Assembly: GCA_030429505.1 (NCBI GenBank) | Contig: JAUIFI010000001.1 | Location: forward strand, 810,001-842,000 | Reading direction: 5' to 3' | Length of the DNA: 32,000 bases | Source of the DNA: Candidatus Saccharimonadota bacterium | Lineage (GTDB): Bacteria > Patescibacteriota > Gracilibacteria > UBA4473 | Part shown: positions 1 to 7,461 of the stretch, one piece after another | Position numbering within the stretch: position 1 is the first letter of the stretch | Layout of the letters: each line of letters begins with the position of its first letter | Position numbers and translations under genes: made by a program | Notes under the pieces: model-generated | Told to the model about the DNA's origin: nothing | Database searches by the model: none | What the model saw: only the letters and a program-made list of their open reading frames with translations

Positions 1-988
1 CCAAGACTGGAATCTCCATATCATAGGAAAATTTCTCAACCTGAAGAAACAAAACCAGTTTATCCTTAGGTCCTTCAGCAAAAAGTTGAAGCTGTGAATG
101 CTGATCCGTCACTCCCAGAGAAGCGATAGGCGTCAAGCCGACACTCTTTCCCTTTGAATTAAACTTGCCCGTAGACTCAGCCAAAAGCTGAGCAAACCAA
201 CCCGCAAATGTTCGTAATTTCATCACATAAGGCATCAAAACGTTATTGGAATACCCTTTTTCCGAACACAACCACTGCAAAACCGCCAACTGAAACGGCT
301 TGTTTTCTTCAAAATCTACAGATAAAAATGCATCCCGCATACTCCTCGCTCCTTGCAAAAGAGCACGAATATCCAATCCCACCAAAGCCGCCGGCAAAAG
401 CCCCACTGGCGTCAATACCGAAAAACGCCCTCCCACATCCTCCGGCACTGAGAAAGTCGGAATCCCATCCTGATCCGCCACCTCACGAAGGAGACCTTTC
501 TCTCCCGTAATAAAAACCAGATGATCTTTCGCCACCAAACCAGCTTTATCCAAATGTTGGCGAAAGAAAAAATACTGAGCCAAAGTCTCAGGCGTCCCTC
601 CAGACTTAGAAATAACTAGAAATAAAGTCCTCTTCAAGTTTAAAGCCTCCAAAGCTTCTGATAAAAAAACCGGATCAATATTCTCAAGTACATGAAGTCC
701 TACTTTTGATTTCTCAAAAAAATTCGCAAACGCATCCCGCAAAGTAATCGTACCCAACGCCGAACCACCAATACCACATACCACGATGTCATCATATTTG
801 CCCTTCACGCTCTTCGAAAAAGCCTCAATATCAGTTACCATCTCCTCATCATCAATCACCCGATAAAAACCTTGGTTACGAGCATCAATCTGTTTCAAAA
901 AAGAATCCAATTTTCCCTCCTGAGACTCAAAATCAGCCCTTGATACCACCCCCGAACGAAAAACATTCGAAAAATCGAAATCAATCAT
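1..988 (-). CDS. pgi: Glucose-6-phosphate isomerase, partial (C-terminus lies beyond the window start)
   Basis: My translation of the minus strand from the ATG at 988 gives MIDFDFSNVF... It contains CGIGGSALG, the SIS/PGI motif SKSGGTPET and the PGI signature GGRFSVLT. The frame stays open to position 1, which explains why it is missing from the ORF track. It starts 10 nt downstream of the transaldolase stop. Confidence 0.85.
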   Translation of the reverse strand, partial: MIDFDFSNVFRSGVVSRADFESQEGKLDSFLKQIDARNQGFYRVIDDEEMVTDIEAFSKSVKGKYDDIVVCGIGGSALGTITLRDAFANFFEKSKVGLHVLENIDPVFLSEALEALNLKRTLFLVISKSGGTPETLAQYFFFRQHLDKAGLVAKDHLVFITGEKGLLREVADQDGIPTFSVPEDVGGRFSVLTPVGLLPAALVGLDIRALLQGARSMRDAFLSVDFEENKPFQLAVLQWLCSEKGYSNNVLMPYVMKLRTFAGWFAQLLAESTGKFNSKGKSVGLTPIASLGVTDQHSQLQLFAEGPKDKLVLFLQVEKFSYDMEIPVL

Positions 989-998
989 ACAAAAAATA

Positions 999-1658
999 TT
1001 AATAAGGTTTTTGGCAGTCCTTACACTTCTCCCAATCCGCCAAAAATGCCGCAATCCCCTTATCCGTCAAAGGATGAGAGACAAGTTTATCAAAAATATT
1101 CGGAGGCATCGTCGCAATATCGACTCCCAACTTCATAGACTCGACCACATGCTTGGGATGACGAACCGACGCTGCCAAAACCTTCGTCATAAAGCCATAG
1201 TTTTGAAAAATCGTCACAATCTCCTGGATCAGATACATTCCATCCCCTGAGATATCATCCACCCGCCCTACAAAAGGCGAGACCAAAGTCGCCCCAGCCT
1301 TCGCCGCCATCACCGCCTGAGACGCAGAAAAGATTAACGTCACATTCGTATGAATACCCTCAGACGATAAAATCTTCACCGCCTTCAAACCTTCTGACGT
1401 CATCGGAATCTTCACATACACATTCTTGTGCCATTTCGCCATCTTACGCCCTTCTTTGATCATCCCCTCGCTATCAGTCGCAATTACTTCAGACGAGATC
1501 GGCCCATCCACCACCTTCGTAATTTCCAAAATCCGAGTCTTCAAATCCACTCCTTCCCTAGCAATCAAGGTGGGATTCGTCGTCACACCATCCACAATCC
1601 CCCACGAAGCATATTTTCTAATATCATCAATGTTCGCCGTATCGAGAAAAAACTGCAT
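999..1658 (-). CDS. tal: Transaldolase / fructose-6-phosphate aldolase, short (about 220 aa) subfamily
   Basis: 219 aa. The N-terminus [31 protein letters not shown] and the segment [11 protein letters not shown] are typical of short TalC/FSA-type transaldolases. Confidence 0.9.
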   Translation of the reverse strand: MQFFLDTANIDDIRKYASWGIVDGVTTNPTLIAREGVDLKTRILEITKVVDGPISSEVIATDSEGMIKEGRKMAKWHKNVYVKIPMTSEGLKAVKILSSEGIHTNVTLIFSASQAVMAAKAGATLVSPFVGRVDDISGDGMYLIQEIVTIFQNYGFMTKVLAASVRHPKHVVESMKLGVDIATMPPNIFDKLVSHPLTDKGIAAFLADWEKCKDCQKPY

Positions 1659-2135
1659 ACAAAAGAAAGTTAATAAATCTCTTAATTATACCATATCCCA
1701 AAGCAAAAACCAAGCACTCGCACAAAGACTTTTAGTCTTTTTTAAAAAAAGACACATACATCTCTGTACGTGCCTTATGAGTTGTTTAAGAGTCCGCTTA
1801 AAATAATTTTAGCGCCGGTTTTTCCAGTCATTGTAATCTTGTCTTTCCTCCGCCAAAGATTGTTCGTATGCAGCAGCGTATTCAGCATCAGATAATGGCT
1901 ATTCACCAATACTATTTGCCCATACATCCATAGCAGCATGGAGTGCAATGTCATCCCAATCACCCAAATTGCTTTCCATCAGAAATACCTCGTTGATTTT
2001 AAAATGTGAAGAACAAACTCTTATTTGTATGAATCTACCTTGTAGAAGGCATGCTCACATTTAATTTACAATATATTTATATTAATTTGTCAATAAAGTT
2101 GTCCACAACAGAAAAAACAAAGGTTAATTTTTATC

Positions 2136-2996
2136 CTATTCCTGACACGTTTTACAAAAATGCGTCCCTCTCCCCGCTACCCTAATCTTTGAAATCATCT
2201 CCTTTGAACATCTCAGACAAAGCTCTCCCTCACGAGCAAACACCTTCAATTCATCCGAAAACTTCCCCCGCTGTCCATCAGCATCGCGGTAATACTGAAA
2301 CGTCGTCCCCCCCAGCTTCACCGCACGATCCAAAATCTCTTCACATCCCTCAAAAAGCTTCTTTTTTTCCTCCACAGACAAAGAAGAAGCCAAGCGATTC
2401 GGTCTCACCCCTGCCAAATGACATACCTCATCCACATAGATATTACCAAGTCCCGCCACCAAAGATTGATTCAAAAGCAAAGCCTTCACATTTGTCTTTC
2501 GGTTGTGAAACACTCGATCAAACGAATCCCAATTCCACCCTTCTGTTAAAGGCTCGATACCATACCCCGCCTCCACACGCTCCAATTCCGATCGATCAAC
2601 CAACTTCAAGTACCCAAATAACCGCATATCATTGAAATACAACTTCGATCCATCATCGAGCGAAAAAATCACTCTCGTGTGTTTATGCGGAAGAAAAAGA
2701 GAAGAGTCAGTCAAACTATGACCACCACCATCCATAAAAGACTCCTTCTGGTAAAAAAACTGCCCCGTCATCTTCAGGTGTGCACACATCACCTCTTCCA
2801 TTTTTTCAAATGAAAACATCAAAAGCTTCGCCCTCCGCCTAATGGGACCAAATGTTTGATTCTGCAACTTCTGGACAAAATCAGGCGTAAAACGCACCGT
2901 CTTCGGATGAAAGACCTCCACAGACTCAATTCGCTTCCCCACAATGTGAGGCTTCAAACTCCGTCGCACCGTCTCCACCTCTGGTAACTCAGGCAT
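2136..2996 (-). CDS. mutM: Formamidopyrimidine-DNA glycosylase (Fpg/MutM)
   Basis: 286 aa. It has the hallmark N-terminus MPELPEVETVRRSL (catalytic Pro2/Glu3) and a C-terminal zinc finger CLRC...18 aa...CKTC. Confidence 0.9.
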   Translation of the reverse strand: MPELPEVETVRRSLKPHIVGKRIESVEVFHPKTVRFTPDFVQKLQNQTFGPIRRRAKLLMFSFEKMEEVMCAHLKMTGQFFYQKESFMDGGGHSLTDSSLFLPHKHTRVIFSLDDGSKLYFNDMRLFGYLKLVDRSELERVEAGYGIEPLTEGWNWDSFDRVFHNRKTNVKALLLNQSLVAGLGNIYVDEVCHLAGVRPNRLASSLSVEEKKKLFEGCEEILDRAVKLGGTTFQYYRDADGQRGKFSDELKVFAREGELCLRCSKEMISKIRVAGRGTHFCKTCQE

Positions 2997-3028
2997 AAAA
3001 AATAATAGCTACGTAGATAGTTAATACG

Positions 3029-3077
3029 AAAAAACAAAAAAAGAGCAAAAAAACAGGCGATCCGGAGGAATCGCCTG
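3029..3077 (-). terminator. Rho-independent terminator on the minus strand, upstream of the mutM start
   Basis: On the minus strand, CAGGCGATTC-CTCC-GGATCGCCTG forms a stem of about 10 bp (3054-3077). It is followed by GTTTTTTTGCTCTTTTTTTGTTTTTT. The plus strand has no T-tract after the hairpin. Confidence 0.6.
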
Positions 3078-3343
3078 AAGCATGAAAGCCATTGAAAGCA
3101 TGAAGAAAAGTCTACATATACCTTTCGATCATAGAGGGAAGTATCTCTCTTTTCGGCTCCATCCTAACTGGCGTCAGAACTTCACAGCCTCCTTCCTAGC
3201 TCAGCACATCTATGGATCTATCGCCGACCCAAGTCAAGAGTACATCTAAACCCTTAACTTGTTTACACGCAAAAAAATATATAAACCAACAAAAAAATAC
3301 GTCAAGTTTGATCATGTTTTAAAAAAATAGTTAAATATAAAAT

Positions 3344-4252
3344 ATGACAAAGAAAATATTCATAGCTATTGCCATCATGGTCGGACTGACCCTTGAGATA
3401 GGCATCATAAAAGTCACCTACGAATTATACAAAGAAGGAAAAAGATGGGACTCTCCTTACCATGGACTCACCACAAACAACCCAGACAGATTTTATCCGG
3501 ACGCCCTCAATGGATTATTAGACCAAATTTATTTCAACATCGAAGATCAAGACTTTCGTCAAGAACTCTTCGAAAAAGTAAAAACACTGAAGAACATCAT
3601 GCCAGAAAAAGTATCTGAGCCAGATGAAATGAATAAGTTTGATATTCTGCTCGAAGAAATAACGATGGCAGTAATACCAAAAGTTTCTTTTAATAGAGAT
3701 TCCTACGACAACATATACACTACAGCGTATAAAGCTCGGCTTTTTCACGCAAGCCGCAAACCCGAAATAAAGATCGCTACAAAAAAACTCGATCAACTAT
3801 TTAAAACCAGAAAACCAACAAACGATCAATGGATAAAAGAAATGAATATACTGATGAAATCAGTCCTCGGCACAGAAGGTTATCAAATTCTTAAGAAAAA
3901 AGCCCTCATTCATCAATTATTAAACAAACCAACATATCGATCTCACGACAACAGAGGCTACATAAAAAAAGAAATCGAAAACGCAAAAGATGACACCCTT
4001 AAAACAATACTCAAAGCCTGGTACAAAAAAAACATGAGAAATGTATGGAATAATGATTTTTATGTACAATTTGAAGGATTTAAAACCATCCAACAAATCT
4101 ACAATTACCAGATTCCAAAACTTCCACCTCAAAAGCAAAATCTGTACATACAAAAACTCATCGCTCTCCAACCAGGAGACACAAAGACATTGTTACAAAT
4201 ACAAGCTGAAGTGTTACAAGAAATAGAAGAACAAAAGCTGCCTTCACTCTAG
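3344..4252 (+). CDS. Hypothetical protein with an N-terminal membrane anchor
   Basis: 302-aa ORF. The N-terminal hydrophobic segment is IFIAIAIMVGLTLEIGII and the rest is Lys/Glu-rich. I recognise no family motif. Confidence 0.55.
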   Translation: MTKKIFIAIAIMVGLTLEIGIIKVTYELYKEGKRWDSPYHGLTTNNPDRFYPDALNGLLDQIYFNIEDQDFRQELFEKVKTLKNIMPEKVSEPDEMNKFDILLEEITMAVIPKVSFNRDSYDNIYTTAYKARLFHASRKPEIKIATKKLDQLFKTRKPTNDQWIKEMNILMKSVLGTEGYQILKKKALIHQLLNKPTYRSHDNRGYIKKEIENAKDDTLKTILKAWYKKNMRNVWNNDFYVQFEGFKTIQQIYNYQIPKLPPQKQNLYIQKLIALQPGDTKTLLQIQAEVLQEIEEQKLPSL

Positions 4253-4678
4253 CATGACCGGAATCTCCACCGCCGCATCATGTTCTGGCAATCCAGAAGC
4301 ATTATGTCGCTGAAAGATAACCATGCCTCTCTTATAAGGAGTTTCTGGAGGAAGAGAAAATGAAATCTCTCCCTGAAAATCCACAAAATCTTCCGTCATC
4401 CAATCCGACTGAGCTGTAGCAAAAGACTCTCCAATGATACGACCATCCCAATCCACTACCATAACTGGAAAACTTCCTTCAAAAAACCAATATCCACGAG
4501 CTTTTCCTGATACCTGGACAGGACTAGAAATCGTTTGATAGGGTTGAGGCAAGAAAACCTCCACGCGTTCATCAGTCGTCACAGGAAGCCGAGGCTCTGT
4601 ATCAAGAGCACCCTCTTTTGTACAAGCAAAGCAAAAAAGAGAAAACACCAAAACCAATAAAAACTGTACGTTTTTCAT
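4244..4678 (-). CDS. Putative lipoprotein with a Gmad2-type immunoglobulin-like domain
   Basis: The ORF track gives 4244..4816. The internal Met at 4678 starts MKNVQFLLVLVFSLFCFACTK, a signal peptide with a Cys lipobox. The C-terminal part (VQVSGKARGYWFFEGSFPVMVVDWDGRIIGE...DFVDFQGEISF) resembles the Gmad2 / spore-germination Ig-like domain. Confidence 0.6.
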   Translation of the reverse strand: MKNVQFLLVLVFSLFCFACTKEGALDTEPRLPVTTDERVEVFLPQPYQTISSPVQVSGKARGYWFFEGSFPVMVVDWDGRIIGESFATAQSDWMTEDFVDFQGEISFSLPPETPYKRGMVIFQRHNASGLPEHDAAVEIPVMLE

Positions 4679-4843
4679 ACCATGAAAATAATACTGTAAA
4701 TAAACAAGAAAGAAAGGTACACGATTCACCATCGAAGAAATCCCGTTGCATCGACGATATCCCCCGTATGGAGGTAATAATACCTCCACACCATCCTTCT
4801 TGAGCAAAAGTGGCAACTTCTTCGTTAGCCCAAAAAATAGCTC

Positions 4844-5302
4844 TTACTGAAAATCTGCCGGCAATCCTCCGCTTTTTCCCCAGTGATCATGGAGAATAGC
4901 CATTTTCCCAGCATGAGAGACAGTCGCTCGAAAGCCGATTCCTTGAAAAGCCGCTCCACCGAGCCATGGAGGAACCGGAAATCCGAAAAGGTGAACTGAG
5001 TGACTTTCTTCCGAACAGTTTGTACATTGTGATGATCCTTGGTCTGCAACTTGGTTATTATTGGTACCTTTGGCTTCGATTTTTATCGAACTGACTTTTT
5101 TTTCAACTTCAACGGCTTCCGTTTTGCTGCAAAACCAAATGCACCACCATTGTTTCACCTTTTTTTTCTGTTTGATGGTGGTAGTGACAGTTCCTCTGGC
5201 GGGCTGCCATAAAATCCCCAGCCAGATCCATGACCACCAAGGAGCAGAAACTTTGAGTGTAGCTTTGGTGCCGTCTTGAAAGGTAAAGGTTGCTTGTGCC
5301 AT
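4844..5302 (-). CDS. Hypothetical protein (weak call)
   Basis: This 152-aa ORF is the longest in a region crowded with overlapping ORFs. It has a Trp/Lys-rich odd N-terminal half and no recognised motif. Confidence 0.3.
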   Translation of the reverse strand: MAQATFTFQDGTKATLKVSAPWWSWIWLGILWQPARGTVTTTIKQKKKVKQWWCIWFCSKTEAVEVEKKVSSIKIEAKGTNNNQVADQGSSQCTNCSEESHSVHLFGFPVPPWLGGAAFQGIGFRATVSHAGKMAILHDHWGKSGGLPADFQ

Positions 5303-5444
5303 GTTTCTTTGTGTTTAGGAAATAGGAGAACGTTTTTATTGTATTCCTCAAAAGATTCTCTTTGCGAGAAACAAAGAAGATGATTTTTCATCCGGATTTC
5401 ATTTTGCCAGACTCTTTTTTGAAGAATAATTGAGAGATACTTTC

Positions 5445-5720
5445 TTAGAAATACTTTTGTGTCTTTGCGTTGCGATGAGGACACCCAGGCCAGCAGCATG
5501 GTCGGCGTTTTCCCTGGAGAAGATCAGCGCATAATCGCTCTATATGATTTGCTCTGGTTTCCGGTTTTTTAACCATGGTCGTCCAGCAGATCCATTCATT
5601 ACGAGCGAGAGGCGTGAGATCGTTCCACGTAGCAAGCACATCCGGATGGGAAAGGAGAGCTTCTTTGAGATCATCCGGCACGATATGCACGACGCCAGTA
5701 GCAATGGTTTCTTTGGTCAT
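5445..5720 (-). CDS. YdeI/OmpD-associated family protein (small DUF1801-related)
   Basis: 91 aa. The segment DDLKEALLSHPDVLATWNDLTPLARNEWICWTTMVKKPETRANHIERLCADLLQGKRRPCCWPGCPHR matches the conserved core of the YdeI/OmpD-associated family, judged by eye. Confidence 0.7.
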   Translation of the reverse strand: MTKETIATGVVHIVPDDLKEALLSHPDVLATWNDLTPLARNEWICWTTMVKKPETRANHIERLCADLLQGKRRPCCWPGCPHRNAKTQKYF

Positions 5721-5804
5721 CTATCTTTATCTTATCATAGATGAAATACAGCTCAATCAGAGGAGGTGTGAGAGAAGGCGGAACAGATAGCACATATATC
5801 CATA

Positions 5805-6263
5805 TCAGAGTCTCTTTTGAGGAGGCTCTGACATTGATGGCTGGAAGGCGTAATAATACAAGGCAAAAAATAATGGAATATAAAAAACTACAGAAATCGT
5901 TGATATATAAAACTGAGAAACTTCCATTGTTTCTATTATTTTCTCTGGTAATGGCAGAATATAAAGATAAAAAATATTCCAAACTATGTGTATGAAAAAG
6001 TAAGCCTTCCAAAATAACTTTGGAAAAATTATTTTTTCCCATGAGAAAGCAAATAATCCGATAAGAGCTATAAAGAAAACAACTAAGTCAGTAAATTCCC
6101 AAAATCTCGAAAAGCTCTGCCATAAATACATGCCTGCCCCATTTATAACAATAAACCAAAAGTAAATTTTCCAAAAAATTGATTTTGTAGATTTTTTCAT
6201 AGTAGAAGGTAAATGATCTTTATGATTTGTTCTTAATACGTAGTTATAATGATGCTTTTTCAC
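5805..6263 (-). CDS. Hypothetical integral membrane protein (about 4 TM helices)
   Basis: 152-aa ORF with four aromatic-rich hydrophobic segments, for example IFWKIYFWFIVINGAGMYLW and FYISTISVVFYIPLFFALYYYAF. An alternative start MKKSTK lies at 6200. It is on the same strand as the 67-aa ORF, 37 nt downstream of it. Confidence 0.55.
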   Translation of the reverse strand: MKKHHYNYVLRTNHKDHLPSTMKKSTKSIFWKIYFWFIVINGAGMYLWQSFSRFWEFTDLVVFFIALIGLFAFSWEKIIFPKLFWKAYFFIHIVWNIFYLYILPLPEKIIETMEVSQFYISTISVVFYIPLFFALYYYAFQPSMSEPPQKRL

Positions 6264-6300
6264 AGAAAAGCTAGATCTTCTACCTTAAAACAGGTCTATT

Positions 6301-6504
6301 TTAAGATTGGCTATATACATTTATAGTCAACAATCCGTCTTTTGGAGGGAAAATGAGAATCCCTTTTTTTAGATCAGCAAAAATAGCAGCCGTCAACTCT
6401 ATATCCCATTTTCGTGCTGTTGGAGCTGTTATCACCTCCATCCTATTTTCCTTGAGCAAAGGTGACAACACTTTTGCTAGTTGGAAAAAACTTAAAATCT
6501 TCAT
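6301..6504 (-). CDS. Small hypothetical protein, translationally coupled to the upstream HNH gene
   Basis: 67-aa ORF. Its ATG overlaps the HNH TGA stop as ATGA (6501-6504). No family is recognised. Confidence 0.45.
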   Translation of the reverse strand: MKILSFFQLAKVLSPLLKENRMEVITAPTARKWDIELTAAIFADLKKGILIFPPKDGLLTINVYSQS

Positions 6505-7244
6505 CTAACAATCAATTTTTTTAATTCATTTATTCTTAACCATGGTCTTCTTCTATGAATCATTCTATGACAGTTAGAGCATAATAATACTAAATCCTCT
6601 AATTTAGTTTTGTGACCATCTTTCATTTCGCTCACTGGAATCGTATGGTGTGCTTCTATAAATTTTTTTCCTATGTCTCCGTATTTTTCATGAAAATCAA
6701 ATCCGCATAATTCACAAAATAAATGATTATGTGTTTTTTGAAATAATTTCTTCTTAGCGTTAACTACTTCTACACTTCGTTCTCGTATTTTGTGTTTTCT
6801 TTCGACTATTTTCCCTTCAGGAAACTCATCATTCAATAATTCATTTTCAATAAAATCATTCTCTCCGAAATCAAATATCCAATATTTTCTATGGTTATTT
6901 TTAGGATTAATACCTAAATCTGAACAATAGGTTAGAAATTTTTTTTCTAAATCATTATTTTCCCCCAAAGAAGCATCTGCCAGTTTTTCAATTGCTGGAT
7001 TTGTTTCTTTTCCATCTTTATCATCATTGTTTTTATGTAATTGTATTGAATTATTGGCGTACCCAATAAATCTGCTGGGGGCAAACCGCCACTCATTTTT
7101 AATTTTGTAAGCAACAAAACACATTCCGTTTTTTATCAGACTTGAAGCATAGTCGGATTCGTCATCGTTTCCTTCCGTTAAGTATGTTTCAAGGATCGAC
7201 AAATTTCTTCTTAGTTCTTCAAGAGTTTCTATAGTTTTCATCAT
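6501..7244 (-). CDS. HNH endonuclease (COG3183/McrA-like predicted restriction nuclease) with an uncharacterised N-terminal domain
   Basis: 247 aa. The C-terminal HNH/zinc core is CELCGFDF...IEAHHTIPVSEM...LLCSNCHRMIHRR (about nt 6555-6716). The N-terminal roughly 150 aa contain the motif RFAPSRFIGY and ...RKYWIF. Confidence 0.85.
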   Translation of the reverse strand: MMKTIETLEELRRNLSILETYLTEGNDDESDYASSLIKNGMCFVAYKIKNEWRFAPSRFIGYANNSIQLHKNNDDKDGKETNPAIEKLADASLGENNDLEKKFLTYCSDLGINPKNNHRKYWIFDFGENDFIENELLNDEFPEGKIVERKHKIRERSVEVVNAKKKLFQKTHNHLFCELCGFDFHEKYGDIGKKFIEAHHTIPVSEMKDGHKTKLEDLVLLCSNCHRMIHRRRPWLRINELKKLIVR

Positions 7245-7461
7245 GGTTTAGTGGAATAAAAGCACCTTCAGATTATTCATATTTGCATTTAAGCTCAATC
7301 TTATTTCTCTCTATCTTCAATCTTTCTTATCTCCCTTCCTCTCACTCTTTCTCTCCCAACAATCTTAATTAAAGATGAAAAGCCAAGTTCCATTCTACTA
7401 GGCGGATCAACTCCGTCCACCGCACAATAGAAAAAACAAACCTTTCTTTTCCTTTTTTTCC

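Noticed and set aside
208-510. A 100-aa plus-strand ORF at the window start
   Set aside because: It is antisense to the strongly supported pgi frame, and its Pro/Lys-rich translation has no motif.
1775-1963. A 62-aa minus-strand ORF between tal and mutM
   Set aside because: It has a hydrophobic, odd composition and no SD-like or promoter context. A different frame in the same region gives more protein-like sequence, reported as a low-interest finding.
3054-3077. SRP RNA helix 8. The plus strand has GATCC-GGAG-GAATC, with a GNAR-type tetraloop reminiscent of GGUCCGGAAGGAAGCAGC.
   Set aside because: The stem is a perfect hairpin with no symmetric or asymmetric internal loops and no conserved AGCA. 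On the minus strand it is followed by a long U-tract, so a terminator is the simpler reading.
4679-4816. A 46-aa N-terminal extension of the Gmad2-like ORF
   Set aside because: The internal Met at 4678 begins a canonical lipoprotein signal peptide. The upstream extension has no signal-like or conserved character.
4844-5302. CHAP/NlpC-P60-like peptidase assignment for the 152-aa ORF (QCTNC... then SHAGKMAILHDHWG)
   Set aside because: The Cys and His contexts only loosely resemble the family motifs and the spacing is short. I cannot support the call without a profile search, so the ORF is left as hypothetical.
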